DNA of 58,973 bases from Amoeboaphelidium protococcarum X5 (taxonomy: Eukaryota; Fungi; Aphelidiomycota): positions 761,003 to 819,975 of the forward strand of contig JALDTO010000154.1 of the NCBI GenBank assembly GCA_023515725.1. Reading direction: 5' to 3'. How positions within the stretch are numbered: position 1 is the first letter of the stretch; each line of letters begins with the position of its first letter. Positions 24,728 through 38,948 of the stretch are shown in pieces. The notes beneath the pieces are model-generated. The model made no database searches. It saw nothing but the letters and a program-made list of their open reading frames with translations, and was not told the DNA's origin. The position numbers and the translations under genes are program-made.

Positions 24728-25768
24728 TCATCGCCATGTCACGTTTACTTGATCTGTTCTATACCTTTAGGTGACTATACAACTGTCATCGACTGGAAAA
24801 GTTTTATCCTGACTAGATTTATATTGAAGCAGTCCCGCGCAGGCAATCATGAGACCATTATCTATGCAGTATCTCTCATCGATAGCATACAACTAACCTC
24901 CGCGATCTTCAACCATTATTTACATCATCTCTTACAGCCTGAGATTACAACCCACTCCTCCAACGATAAGCACTTCATTACTATTCTAATGTGCCATTGC
25001 CCTCTCGGTCACCTCAATGATCATGGCGAAAATGTACTCTTGCAAGCTCATGCATAAATCTGGCACAGAGTAATCGCCAAACTTTCCTGTGGATTCATCA
25101 TAGGGATTCTCTGTAATATACTGATGAATGTTTTTGTAGATTCCACTAAATGATACATCCATGCCCTTGACAATGTATGGGAGAGAGAATAAGTTCTAGC
25201 CGTCTGACTTTCTAGCCAACATCTCGATATTGTATCCCGGGGACGGGTCATTTGGAATGTTCATTAAACGCGCGCACTTGTCAAGCACATTACCCACGGC
25301 AGAGTCAAGTGTCTCTCCAAAAATTCGATATGTACCATTACTGTAGCATATTACTTGAGTATTGCCTCCAGACACGTACAGAATGACAGGATCTTGCGCG
25401 CCGGTTATTTGTCGTCCCATTTCGATGTGAGCTATGCAATGATTAACAGGTATCAGAGGTTTCTTGTATTTGCAGGCTAGTGTACGAGCCACAATAGCAC
25501 AAGATTACAACGGATTGAAAAGACCCGGACCTTTGGTATAGCAAATGATATCAATATCGCGCTCTAAGGACATTTAGCACTAGTACAAGGCCTATTTAAT
25601 CAGATGAATTATATGCTGTCGATGATGCTATGCAGTCTCTTTCGGGAGGAAGCCTTGACCAGGAGGACTATTATAGGTCTTTCGTATATTCGCCAACTCT
25701 ACTCCATCCCTCAAGATCCCGATTCCTAGTTTATTAGCACTCCCTTCGATACCCAACGCGACCACCAT
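24728..25768 (-). CDS. KAE1: KEOPS tRNA t6A threonylcarbamoyltransferase Kae1/OSGEP
   Basis: [68 protein letters not shown]. Confidence 0.96.
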
Positions 25769-26022
25769 TATCTGAGCTATCAAAACTGAAAATCAACAGA
25801 AATAAGGGAAGATATCAATGGATCAACGCGGTAGTAAAACAAATCGTTCGTACACCTCGAGAAGAGACGGTTTATCTGTTGGTTGAAGACAAGGAATTAT
25901 ACGGGGATCCAAAACAATGATGAGCGCGTCAAATCATTATGGGTGAAACACGAATTCTCGTTTCAACTTTTCACGGTAATACCTTCTATTCCCTGTACGG
26001 GAAAACTAACAGTGTCAGAGTT

Positions 26023-27426
26023 ATGGTCAAAAGACGTAGATGTAAGCTGATATTCCATTCTTTAAAGTATTTAAATTTCACTCTTTGTAGGCTCCGTAAC
26101 TCCTTCGTGGACTAGATTTTTCGCTCTCTAGAAATAGAAAGAAGCGTCTCAGAATGGGACTGGTAGATTGACTGAGCGCCAGTAACTTGCCCTATTGAAG
26201 AACTAGGAAAATATTCTGACCAATAGCGATTTGTAACTTAATGATGGTAAATTGAAGAAGTCGAACAAGAAAAGAAAGCTCTCTGTCATGTCTGAGGCTG
26301 TGATTCCCAAATAACACTCTGAAATTGGTTTGAGTTTCTAAACTTCGCCCAATAAGGCTTTGGCTGAACGTACAGTATTCTCATCTTCTCCGCTGACGGA
26401 TACTAGCTCTAAATTGGAATTATCTGACAGAGCTGATGATGAAATTGTAGAAACACTGACTTTAGATTATGCGCCTAATTAGGAAGCTGAGGAGGTTCTT
26501 GTTTCAGAAAAATGTTTGAAACGCGTCTCTTCTTTACAGAAGCAGACAGAGCATGTGGTGTTTAGGTCCTCTGAACAAGATATTTCTCTGCGGCCTCATG
26601 TGTAACAAGTTTAATAACTTTGGCCTGGTCAATCTTAGGTACACAGTTCATTATTGAGGTAGTTGAACGGCTAAGCGGACAAATTTCTGCTTCAGTTTGA
26701 TAAGCCCACCTTCAAGCTCTGCATTGATCAATCTATACTTGGCAGTTTATTGAGCGATCGCCCCACGGACTATTTTGATAAATTGGATTCGCAGATGCAG
26801 TTATTGAATAAAGTTTTGCTAGACTTTAAAATAGAATGTGTTTAGAAGACTAGGAGAGTATTGCTTCGAATTCAGCATGAATGGAAGTCTGTTGTTTCGT
26901 CGTTTGATGTTAATGGTGCAGCAAATTCGCGACTTGAAACTGTACTTCGCTTGAAAGCTAGTCGATTAATATTATAAAGATATCACGATATTAGGAAAAT
27001 TGTCGTAAGTCTTTTGTAATCATTTATACATATATACGTTCAAATATTGTTTTGTAGGATGATCTAATGGAAGAGTTAGCTTTGAAGCTGTACATGTTAT
27101 TCGACGGTCTGATCCTTACAATGTACTCGCTTATAACTTCTGAATACCGTGAATCCAACGACTAAATTATCACTTTGGAGCAAGAAGCAGTTTTAGGTCG
27201 ATATAACACGGTTATCGTAATTCCCAGTCGCGAAGAGATGCTGGACAAGTAGGCTAGATTCACCACCAAGATTGAACTCACTGACGGTACTATTGTTTAT
27301 GAATTAAGTGTTTTATAAGCCTTGATAGCCGCTGTGCGTCCACGTTGCAAGACATTGTCAGAGCTGGTTGAGTACATTCTTAAACAGGTTCGACCCAATC
27401 TTGGATTTCTATGTCAGATTGTCTGA
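26023..27426 (+). CDS. Hypothetical protein; predicted introns 26042-26090 and 27005-27057
   Basis: Long table-6 open frames joined by canonical GTAAG...TAG introns; basic NLS-like KKSNKKRK; no family recognised. Confidence 0.55.
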
Positions 27427-27677
27427 TTCACTCAATTGGGCTTCAAATTGACTCATGTTAGCTGTTGCAGTTGTTGTTTATGTGATTTTTTTATGATTGA
27501 AGTATTATTGTTTTGAAGGTTGAGATTTTAATGTTGTTTTGTTGCTTTTACTTATTGCAGTGCTTTTTTGACGCGCTTCATCTCCATTGTTATGTTAAGG
27601 GGCTAATAATGCTCCTATCATTCATTCCTGGTGCACCTGCTGTCTTTTATCTCTTTAGAAAAATCGATTGCACTCAA

Positions 27678-29633
27678 ATGATACCATCAATAATGGTAGT
27701 GCTCTGCTTACTCTGGTTCGCGCTTACTAGCGCGTTTGATATATACAAAAATATTCGATTAGACGTGGTGCTCGAAGATTAACACCTCATCGAATCTTTG
27801 CGCGATGCTCCGGTAAATGATTAAAATCAAGTACATTAGATGTAAATGATATAAGAGCATGCAGATATGGACGCCTATTTTAAATATCTATAGAATGAGC
27901 GTATTCGGAGGCTATATCCTACCCTGTCACCTTTGAAAACGGATAATGTGGCATGGCTCGTCGGTCCGGTGGAAGATCAGCTCTCCACGTCTGGATCTGC
28001 AATGTCCGTGTCCTTTTGCTACAAACCATCTATAAACCGATTATATTCATGGAGTGGCAGGTAAACAGCGCTCCGGGACACTGTCAAGATTTCGCTTATA
28101 GATATCAATGGAAATAGGAAGTAAAAGGTGCTCAGAGTGTGGAATCGAGGCGAAGTGGTTGAAAATCTCGCCGATAGACTGACCAAGCGCGCTTATGGCA
28201 CTAAAATAATCCCTTATAACATGAAAGGTCCTGTGCATTACAAAACTCATGGCCCCAGCATTCCTGTGGATATATAGCTGCTCAGGGATGACCTACTATT
28301 TACTCCTCATGATTTGCATCTGCGACCATAGCAGCAGGATCGGTAGCTGGCCGCTATACTCTAATAGCAGTTGTAGAACTAATAGTAATCTACTTCTAGT
28401 TCAAAGTTTAGCTTTAAGCGTAAAGCCTAGTAGATTAATAATGGTAGAGACGATAAATAATTAAATGATGACGAGAATCTGATCCTCTGCTTTAAAAGCG
28501 TGGTAGTTATGCCGTAAAGCTATACTTCCAGTAGAGTATAAATGGTTGTATCGATCAACGACTAGGAATTTGGCTATTCACCTGATTTCGTACTGATTCC
28601 CAAGTTTTTCTATGGTGCCTCATTCTTCTCCTAGCTGAGCTAGAATGAAGATGAAGATAAAGGTGAATTCGTAGATGTTAAGTAGAAGGCTGATGGATCA
28701 GCGATGATCAACTTGGTCACTCCACATTTGAGCAATGGTGTCCTTCGACTAGAATCCCGGCAGTAGTATCAGCTCATAGTGGAGATGATATTCCCTAATA
28801 ACAAGTTTAGTGCCGATTATAATCCTTAGATTGAGTAGGCTGAAGAGTTTGATTACCAATTTATTACTATGCAGATGTACTTGCTGGATGATTATTAGTC
28901 TCATATGAACGCTCCTTTGGATTAATATCAAATTGTGAATTATGATTTGAATTCAGACGAAGGTCTTGGGGGAGTTTACGCGTACGATACTCCACAAGAG
29001 TAAACTGCAGGCAATTCGCAGACTACATAGCAGCAACTTGGTGCCCAGGTTATCAAGGTTGTTAGGAATGATAAAGCTACGCTAGTTGTTGCCACAGTAT
29101 AGTTGGAAGTATCTCCGCTCTGGGCTGATCAGCACAGTTTGAAAATAAAAATGTCGCTTGCCAATTACCAGACGGTGCAGTTGTTGTCCAGAGATGTTAG
29201 CTTCCGAATGAAGGTTAAGCCGCATCCAGTCGATGAAGATATGCCCTTCCTTTTAATGGGCGTGGAAGAACGCGATGGTATCGTTGAAGTTACCGCTCCT
29301 CAGCAGGTTGCTCTGTTGGCTATCTAAGGACACCACATTGCTCACAAATTCCACACCATAGGTAGATTTATGGCGATTGTGTACACGTTCTAGTTCTGTG
29401 AGTAGGCCGATTATTCTCTGAATGGACCATGGCGGTTGCCCGATGCTGATGTATAGTTTATACTCAAAAATAGTGAGGGTGACATGTAGACTAACTTTTA
29501 CGGTATTGCACCCCACCATGAGTAATGTTCGCAGTCTTGCTATTGCACCTACGTTATTAACGATTATCCGTCTATGGACAGTGATTTCGTTCCTAATCTC
29601 TATTCTCAAACTGTTGAATTTGTGCTGGAATGA
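27678..29633 (+). CDS. Hypothetical secreted protein (651 aa)
   Basis: Signal-peptide-like MIPSIMVVLCLLWFALTSA; uninterrupted table-6 frame to TGA; no family recognised. Confidence 0.65.
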
Positions 29634-29738
29634 TCTTGGTGTATAGTCTACTGTTGGTAATAGATTGTGGCACTTGAATAATATTTGAACGGTTAATAGA
29701 CTAAATTTATAGAGAATCATAATTCTTATATTTCTCAA

Positions 29739-31517
29739 TCAATCATTACTTCTGATAGTTGTACTATTATAGTCAGGTTCTTCGAGGAATCGCTCAACAT
29801 ACTTCCATCTATTTCGTAGTGTCTGATATATTTAAATCTTGGATTCATCATTGTCCACCATAGACTTCATGTGCTCCACTTCATAATCTGGATTTTCAGG
29901 ACTAAAGAACATGCTTAGTAGAGACTTATTTCTCCGCTTGTTGATCTCACGAGTTTGTCTGATGTTGTTCAAAATGCTATCCAATGCATTGACACTCTGC
30001 TAAGGACGTCTTATAGAATGTTCTCTATCAATTTCAACCACGTTCTGCTATTATTACTACTATTACTGCTACTGGTTCACTTGAGCTAGACAAAAGTCGT
30101 ACAACACCTTGGCATCTTTATACAGTTGGTCTGATTCCCAGTTACAATCATCATCCTGGTTACCTGACATTTCATATACATTTAATAACTACTCTAGATA
30201 CCAAGCAGCAGTGTCTATGTTCTTGTCAATCGAATTAATACCATTGCTTGAGGATAGTAAAGTTCTACCACCGCCGCTATTAACACCTTCAATGTACAGA
30301 CTGGCAAGATTAAAATACGCCAAGACGTTATGAGGATCAATAGAAATGGACAAGTCCCAAAACTATTTGGCCATTGTATAATTAGGACCACCATTGACTT
30401 CATCCTGTCTTCTTGTGGCTAATCTCAAAAAGTAGCAATTGCCCAGGTTAAGCAGCGCCCTGCTCACCATCATCTGTTCATCCTCCCACAGATTCGCACT
30501 TAATTGATATGATTTCGCAGCGTCTGACCATAACTAGATGGCTCGCTTTATGCTCTTCTCTACCGTTATCACTCCACCTTTTCCACCTGTAGCAAACATA
30601 TTACCCAGATTTACCATACAAGCTATATCCTTTTATTACACGCCATTCTAGAGGCATTCAACTGCAAGTTCAGGTCGGCCATTCTTGAGATGATAAGATG
30701 CCAGATCATTATACGCCCGGTAAACTTTAAGATCCAGAGCTTTATGAAGATATTACGCGGCCTTGACATCATCAACTTCACATGAATAGCCATCACTATC
30801 ACGGTTTGGTCTACCCATGTATAGCGTACCCAAAAGATATGTGGCATGTGGATGTTCATAATCGCTAGCCATAGTCAATAAATCGTAAGCAAGAGGTTTA
30901 TTTTACTTGATAAATTGTCCACCACTACCATCACCACTACCATAATATATACCGCTAGTACGACGTTATAACAAAACAGATGCGATATTGTACATTGCAT
31001 TTCGCTCCTTCCATAAAAGACCGCATTCCCACAAGGCAAATGCCATTTATTAGTATAAGTCACTTCGATCACCTTGTTATATAAGCTGGGCATAGAAATG
31101 ATTCCCCAACAAGGTGATGTATTTCATATGGTCCTTCTAAGACTAAAACTGATCATAGAGAGTATCAGGAATCGACTATCTGATTGCAGAGTGATAATCA
31201 TTAAAATCAGAGACTGTAGATATCTAATCGCTGATTATAATAGGTGTATAATCAGCTTAGACAATATCCTTAACAATTTGACGCGTCTAATTTACAGTGA
31301 ATGGGATATCTTCTTGTTATGATGCATGGAACTGATTAATCACGGTCTCGTATTACTCCAAAGCATCATTGTGGCCCTCCCAGCCAGTAATCTACTCCCC
31401 GTTATCATCGAGCTTAGAGATCTATGAGCTAAACGCCTAAACACGTTGGTATTAATAATATAATTTAGACTTTAACCTATAAGAGGCAACAAGTCTATGA
31501 CGCGAATACTTTAACAT
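29739..31517 (-). CDS. Sel1-like repeat protein, likely mitochondrial
   Basis: Repeats AMYNIASVL, ATYLLGTLYMG, CMVNLGNMFATG, ALLNLGNCYF, AYFNLASLYIEG; basic presequence-like N-terminus. Confidence 0.78.
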
Positions 31518-31607
31518 TATTGGTGATAGTCGCTGTATATTCGCTGTAGTTAAAAATCAGTCAAAAAACACAACTTCAAACTCTAGTTATTTAAAGGCAC
31601 ATCAAAA

Positions 31608-32954
31608 TCATTTAGTATTAGCTATTGAAGTTTCATCCATCTGCTGAGTATTCTATAAGAAATCAGTAGGCGATAGTTGATGGTATTACTGATAGCCTAG
31701 CAAGTATTATAAATCTATCCAACCGAGAGTGTCAAGATAGTGAACACTCTCAAACAGGACTTCAACGGCAATTAGTGCAATGATTATAATCTCCATCCTA
31801 ACACCGTGCTTGACATTAAGATCATCTTGCATAAGAGATATTAGGGATGAAGCGTGGTCCAATCGCTGATTAAGAATCCGAATCCTGGGACTGATGTCCA
31901 GTATTCTGCTAATCTGCTCGATATGCTTGGCCAAATCTGGGCGAGACCAATAGAAATCGGGAGAATTATCAACCAGTTCTGAGTGAAGATTCAGTAGTCC
32001 CCTCAAATATAAAAGCTATCCATGCTATGTAATAATCTGGCGCGATCTCAATTTTGGTCGCATGCCCTTCATCATCTACTTGGGTATCTCTTCAATACGT
32101 TCCAAGTACATTGACAAGTGATTCTCCAGGACACCCAGCTGAACTGATTTAGCTAATCCATGGGAGAATGCCAGCTTTGCGTAAAAGTTATCAAGAGGCG
32201 ATTGCAGATGGCTCAACACCACATCCTCCCCTAGTATCATATTACCTTTGTCTTTTACCGGTATCAACTGCGATGAGTTATAATGGTGATGTTATTATTG
32301 GTGCTGATACTACAGCTAAGACGCGGTATGTTGATTAGACTAGTTATGATTAGAGGCAGTGCTAGTGTTGTCATACAGAGCGTCTGTGGTGTATTTGAAT
32401 TTCAATTCTTCAGAGTCGCGCAAGTCTTGATCAAATGATTCCACCTCGCAGGCTTTAAGCATGGATAGCAACTAGGTATCCTGAGTCTTCTAAGTGTTCC
32501 ATGACACAAGACAGCCATCGCCCAGGATAAAAGATTCAGCAGCGCCATCATTAAATCTTACATGAACATAATCATAACCATTCAAATCTTTCGTGATGTG
32601 ATTGTCAAATCGCGGCTTTAGAATTTCCACCACCTTTTCCAAGTTATACTGTCGCGCAACGCAATAAGCTCTAAATGGTTGCGGCTATGTATACTTTGAC
32701 TGTTACTATTACCACTATTATTATTATGGATGGTGGGGATGTGAAAGAGATTACTAAGACTCTGGTAGATTATGATTCTGAGGATCAGCCAAAGCTCTAC
32801 GCATCGCCACCTTTGGCACTTTTAATCGCGCTCTATCCTATACTTTACTCGGTGCCTATTGCGATAGATATCTTTATCCTAATATTTTATATTAACTCTA
32901 CACCGTCCATACTGAGGGACGAACAGCTTTACTTAGGACCAGATTTTTCAACAT
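31608..32954 (-). CDS. RMND1: RMND1/Rmd1 (DUF155) family protein, mitochondrial-type
   Basis: RAYCVARQYNL, DGCLVSWN, AFSHGLAKSVQL, SPDFYW, LDISPRIRILNQRLDH, MEIIIIALIAVEV. Confidence 0.88.
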
Positions 32955-33072
32955 CTTTTCTTTTTCAGCTTTTCCAAATTTTAAAAGTGTTAAAGATCCT
33001 CCTTCGTTCTTCTCTCTACATTTTAACTCTGCTCATTTATAGAACTAAATTTAATTAATATTTACCAACCAT

Positions 33073-33461
33073 ATGTTGAGATAATTATTAAGTAAGCGAT
33101 TGATATCGCAGTCATTGGTCAAGAGAGGCGGTGGTGGACATCACTACAAAGGATACAATGAACCTGGCGGACACTTTCTAGACATTCCTGTAAGTATACC
33201 GTACGCATTGTTCGCTGATGACTGATCTGAAATTAAACATATGTGTATATGAGTGTGTAGCCAACACCAGCAGGATATAGGAGAAAGAAGCTCTGGTTCG
33301 AGAATATGTATGTGTATGGATTTGGCGGTACGTGGTTGGCGTTCTTTGTTTTCTATTACTACAAGCCTGAGCCGGAGATTGAGTCGTGGGCGCGATATGA
33401 GGCGATGCTGCGTGCGAAGGAGCGCGGTGAGAATTGGAGTACTGAAGGCAAGCCATACTGA
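33073..33461 (+). CDS. NDUFB11: Complex I accessory subunit ESSS/NDUFB11; intron 33190-33260
   Basis: RGGGGHHYKGYNEPGGHFL, WFENMYVYGFGG TM segment, YYKPEPEIESWARYEAMLR. Confidence 0.82.
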
Positions 33462-33620
33462 GCATTGTTGATTGACACTTTTTAATACTGTTCTTTAATA
33501 CATTGAATTATATTCTACTCTCAATTATACTCTAGCTGCTTGATTATTTATAGTTTTGGTATCATTCAATTTAATTTATTGTAGAGAGCGTAAAATACTA
33601 ATAACAAACATCTTGATCAA

Positions 33621-36185
33621 TCAGTAATTCTCTTTGGCCATCTTTGGTAGAGGCTAACCTTTCTGATGGGGTACGCCAAAGTGGATAATTCTATCACCAC
33701 TCATAGCCACAGGATTGGAGGAACGTCCAATGACCATGGCATCACACGGTGCATGGTACTCTTCTTGTACATTGCCAAAAATGTCCTTGATCCAGGCGAC
33801 TAGCATTCCCTTCTACACGAAAGAGTTTACAGAAGGGAACACTTCAAGCACTCCGCCAGTGGTGGTGTATGTCCAGAACCCATGATTACACACTATGGGT
33901 GGTAGTGGCTACTCTTCATTGATAATGAGCGCGTTCGGATCGTATGGAGCAATCAGAGATCGCAACTGACTCGGATCCATAGTATCTCTTGTGGAGATGT
34001 CTTCCAATTTCTTTTTAGATTCCACTATAGACAGAGTATCCTCTATATCAGCAGCGTAGTACATGCCCAAATGTTCCAAAGTATTCAATAAGCCTTGGAA
34101 GCTCCACATTATGAATTAATTCTAAAATTGTTATGGATTTCCAATTTCCACAGTGACACTCTTAATACCGCGCGTTGACGCTGCAGACCTCATGGTACCA
34201 TCTTGGCCACTGTTGTGCAATATTATCTGAGGTTATTACAACTTGGCCAACTTGGCAGTTACAGGATCATTCATATCAGCTCTTACATAGTATGAATTTA
34301 CACGCCCGAAAGATGCTGTGTGTAAATCGATCAAGTAATTAAAGTGAGCAATCAGCTTGGTCATAATAATGTGTGCATAAGCCTGACTGGCAGTCCCGCC
34401 TAATTTACCGGGAAATAGTCTATTCAAGTCCTTGCCATCACTAAACTCCCGCTGAAAGTTCAAATATCCCGGGACATTCAGCACAGGAATGGCCACCACG
34501 GTCCCTGTTAATTTGGTAACATCTAAATCGGCAAACAGTTTATGGATGCAACTCACACCATTAATTTCATTTCCATGTAATGCTGCAGTTATTCCGACTA
34601 TAATGTCAGCAGGATCTGGCTAAGGCGTGGATGATTATTGTTATTATACTCCAGGATCGGTGCCATTCATATCAGTCTATGGCTTACTTTGAGCACTTCC
34701 TCTAGCAACAATGATGGGAATTTTGAGCCAGTCAGAAAGCCCTTGCTTCATCACTTTTATCCACGCTGTTGATATTTAGCCTATAGGGAAATCCTCCACA
34801 TTAAACGATTCCTTCTCCATGGTGATAGATGACTTTATATCACCATTCCCGTACACAAGCCAATCCGGCGGGGTATATAACTGATGCGGTGGGAATTGAA
34901 ACATTGAGCTTTATCTAGACACGCCAGATTTGGCACCTGGTGTCTCTGCTAAGGTTATTCCATGCATTGATACGGTGCGATGTCTATCGGGAACCTGTGA
35001 CAAATTCATAGAATCAGCCAATTCATCTGGCATGGCCCAAAAACATTTATCATCCTAAACTTCCACTCCACCTTGAGCATTATCAGTTGATGATACTTTC
35101 ACAATAGCAGGAGTCTGAACTTGAATCACACCTTCACTCTTCCAAGCCATTTCTGGAGCCACATCAACCATACTTCCTTGACGTGAGGCCACGGCAGATC
35201 CTTTCAATGACAATCGAGGTGTTCCAGTTTAAGATGAATGCTATTAGCCTCTAACATCATGCAATTGAATTAAAAGTATCTTGGGTTCAACATATCGCTA
35301 CTATTCGTCCGCATCATCATCGTTATCCTCCTGGCTGGAGTCATTATCAATACCACCGCTTCTTGGTGCCGGCTTCGGTTTACCAGTTTACGGATCAATA
35401 ACACCCACAATGGCTCTCAAATGTTTAGGCGCAGCAGACTCTCCCCGATCCAAAATCAAAGTCTCACCCGCTCTGAGCCAAGCACCAGAGAATGAAGATG
35501 ATTGACTCAATTTATCACCAGACTGACGAACAGACTTGTCTCCCTCCATGAGCACTTTCACAACACCCTCAATACAGTACACGACACACTAGCTCCCAAG
35601 AATAAGCCTTCTGAAATTCTACTCAATATCAATAATCTCCACATTGACATCCGCCTTGAAGCTATCATTCTTGGTCATAATAGTGATATCACGCAACGGC
35701 CTGGATGGAGTGGCACTGAGAGCAACGTCAGCTGAGAACGTGAAAGGTGTAAGTTGCTGAATGACTTCGCTCTTACCGGCAGCACCTTGAACTGGAATTT
35801 CGACTTTAATAGATGCTTATTTCTTTTTCTATACATTCAGCTATTGCTATGAAGCAGCGTCACCACTCTACGAGGCCGGTGATTATTATTATTATTATTA
35901 TGATGATTGTAACAAGGAACCATCCAACGATACAGAGTCAGAATGAGAGGAAGGCAACACAATAATAGTATTAGTATATCCAGGGAATTGAGAGAAATTA
36001 CAAGGTGCATTAATCTCAGCACTACTCAATCTCCACAAAAATTAATCACTGGGGAAACTGGCACTCTCTGGATGAATACAGATCTGATACGTTATCCCAC
36101 AACCATTCTTCCACGGCATGCGGACATACTCAAGAGGCTTCTTATGGATTGTTCTATGCACCTCACTAAGACTTAATTTTTCCAT
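33621..36185 (-). CDS. Fusion protein: N-terminal HutD/Ves domain + C-terminal succinylglutamate desuccinylase/aspartoacylase (M14 AstE/AspA) domain
   Basis: [13 protein letters not shown]...[10 protein letters not shown]...FSQFPG (HutD); [35 protein letters not shown] plus C-terminal biotinyl-lipoyl-like segment; one intronless 854-aa frame. Confidence 0.85.
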
Positions 36186-36533
36186 ACTTCAGTTATTTTA
36201 ATGTTGATTACGATATGATAAATTAATCACAAAGAATCTTTCCCGTATAAAGTATACTGTTAGAATGCAGTATGATAATTGCCTAACTGAGAGTGTTAAA
36301 GCAAGGACAAATCGTTCCGAATGAGAAAGCGACGCGAGATTCTTGAGCTGATTGAGTGAAACAACTTCTACCAGGATTTTGTGATGCACTGTGTAAGGTG
36401 TATCCTGACATCAGAAAATAAGAAAGCTCGATACTGTTTGAGTGTTAAATACATTCATTCATAAAGTTCACCAGCGTATCTCTCATTGTTATGGCATCAA
36501 CGATTTGAATTCACCCAGATTTCGTCCAAAGTG

Positions 36534-37174
36534 TCATTACTGGCCGGATTTGGCGGTATTAGCCTCACCATCCTCTTCCTCCAGATCTTTCTAATAATAA
36601 CCCAGAGGATGGACGTAATTGATTTCTAAGACTTATGTAACAACCTCCGCGTCACTAAAGGAATTGTCGATGAACCTGATGAATTTCAAGTAACTGACAT
36701 ATTCTTTAGTCAAATCGACTTCGTCGATTTTGAAGGATTTGTCGGTTAATCGCATGGCGATCTACAAATTTAAGTCATCATCACCATACTAAAACCACAA
36801 AATAATTAAGCTTACCATAGTGCAGATAGCAGCCAAAAACTAATTATTAATGTCTGGTTGTTTGATACTCAATTATAAAGCTACAGACTTTAGAAGTTCG
36901 ACAAACTTTGCATAATTGAAAGGCTTGTCCTACACATTTGGATTATCAAATCTAGAAACACTACGAAAGATTCTTACCTCGTCCATTATAAATTAATGCT
37001 TTCTCAATTTGAGGAAGTTCATCCAACCGTAGCTTATAATGTCCAGATATTTTCTCCTTTGAGAAGAGCTAGGACCACAACTCAGACCGCTTGACCCCAA
37101 ATTAAGAGCTTGCCTACAAAATAATCTTTATGCAGCATTATTGTAATCATTTAATATTACCTTTTAATTGACAT
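36534..37174 (-). CDS. Hypothetical protein with 1-3 predicted short introns
   Basis: ATG 37174, intron 37114-37160, open table-6 frame to TGA 36534; further GTAAG donors at 36977 and 36815. Confidence 0.4.
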
Positions 37175-38159
37175 CGTGCAGTTGAGCCTAACTTGAACTT
37201 TGGAACAATACTTTACGCGCCAATCAATACCTTCAATCAATTCTCTCAATCTTATGAAACTGTTTCAAGGGGAACAAATGCTGAAGATGCATACGCTATG
37301 GTAATAACTCACGCTAATCACACTAATATTTTCACATTTTCGGAGTAGAGGAGAACTAAGATGCCAGCTTTAGTCTTTTTTTATCAGCCATGACTCATTC
37401 CTCATTATCGTTGCATCACTGTCACGTCTTATACACGTAACACTTATCCTAATCATCACGGGTAAAGTTGAGACCATTGTTATTTTGAATTCCAAAATCC
37501 GAAACACGCAAAAGTTTTGCCTAAATATAATTGCAACTTTTGTTTTAATTCAGTCTTTTGCCTTATCGCACGATGCCTGATCATTGTATTTACTAATGCA
37601 GCCCTGTAATTGATGCCTCTAACAACATCCTGATATTTTAACTTCATACTGTCATGATGTTAACTGATCGCCGTATATGTCTTAATTTTATCACCAGAAA
37701 GTTCATATTCATATAACGCATTCAGAATAAAAGGACAAGCTACATATTGACGAACTGAAGTGGACATGAGTAGAGTGGTGCTGATCAACTCATATCCAGT
37801 TCAAGGCAAGTGACAAACAACGCGAAAATTTTTCATGACTCGTGTCATCAGCATTTAGATAAGATTTATAGATCATTAGTCCATCAGGCTGGATTTCATC
37901 ATTTAAATTTGTAGCTCACTTTGTTTCGACCTATTTTATTCAGAAAGAATTCATAGCAAATGCGCAAGAAACGGTTGCTATGTTTTGCCAGGCCGGATGG
38001 AAGGATAGTCATGGCAACCGGAAACATTGCCGACAATCAGTAGCAAACATACCATAGACAAATGTCGGAATTCAAGTACTTTACTCTCTTTTATTCAATT
38101 ACTTGTTGCATCTACACATTCGTTCTACTAGCTGATATTCCAATATATAGACTCTTAAA

Positions 38160-38948
38160 ATGGCTTCATATATCATGTCTGCTCTGTTCATCGCCTTGTC
38201 GGTATTTCTTAATGCTGCAGTCGTCTAATCCGTTCCTCAGCACCAGTCGTTGTTTAAGCGCTAATTGGACTCCATCAGCGTCCAGAAGATCTCTGTCTCA
38301 AAGTCTCAAGATGCTCCTACTACTTATGAAGTGACCACGGGCGAATTGGTAAACTATGCAAAAGAAGACGTCCAGGTGAAGGCAACATCTACTCTCGATT
38401 TCGGAGCCGTGTTGAACAATGCCGGTACAAGTGATCAAAGCATCAACTCAGTCTCTGTGTCAATGTACGTAACTCGCTGGGATGATGAGACATCAAGTTA
38501 GAAGAACATATTCCTGGCATCTCAAACGCTGAATAATCTGAACTTGGTTGCAGGTGAGTTGAATACGTTCACTGTTCCTGTGGAGTTTCCTCACACTTTA
38601 AACATTCCCCGCAATCTCAAGGCCAAGTCGGTGTCCGCAAAGTCTGATGTTGCTGAGAACATGGCTTCCATTGTGTAATCTTATAAATCTGCTGCTGGAG
38701 AAAAGAATCTGAATCCATTCAGTCTGAGTGGTGACGATGCTACTCTGTGGTAATTTCACGTTAATCTGCAGCAGAAGGAGTGTATATTCTACTCAACTGA
38801 CTCTCAATCTTACTTCAACACTCCGTATCAGTATCAATTCAACGCCACTTTGATCCGCTATGAAGGTGTTGTCAGTGTGAACTCTCTTCTGGACTCCATT
38901 GGCATCAAGCCTCAGTTTGACGGATACTTTATCATGTACTGCTTCTGA
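38160..38948 (+). CDS. Hypothetical secreted protein with Kex2-like KR site
   Basis: Signal peptide MASYIMSALFIALSVFLNAAVVQS, LFKR-Q, beta-strand-like body, TGA stop. Confidence 0.72.
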
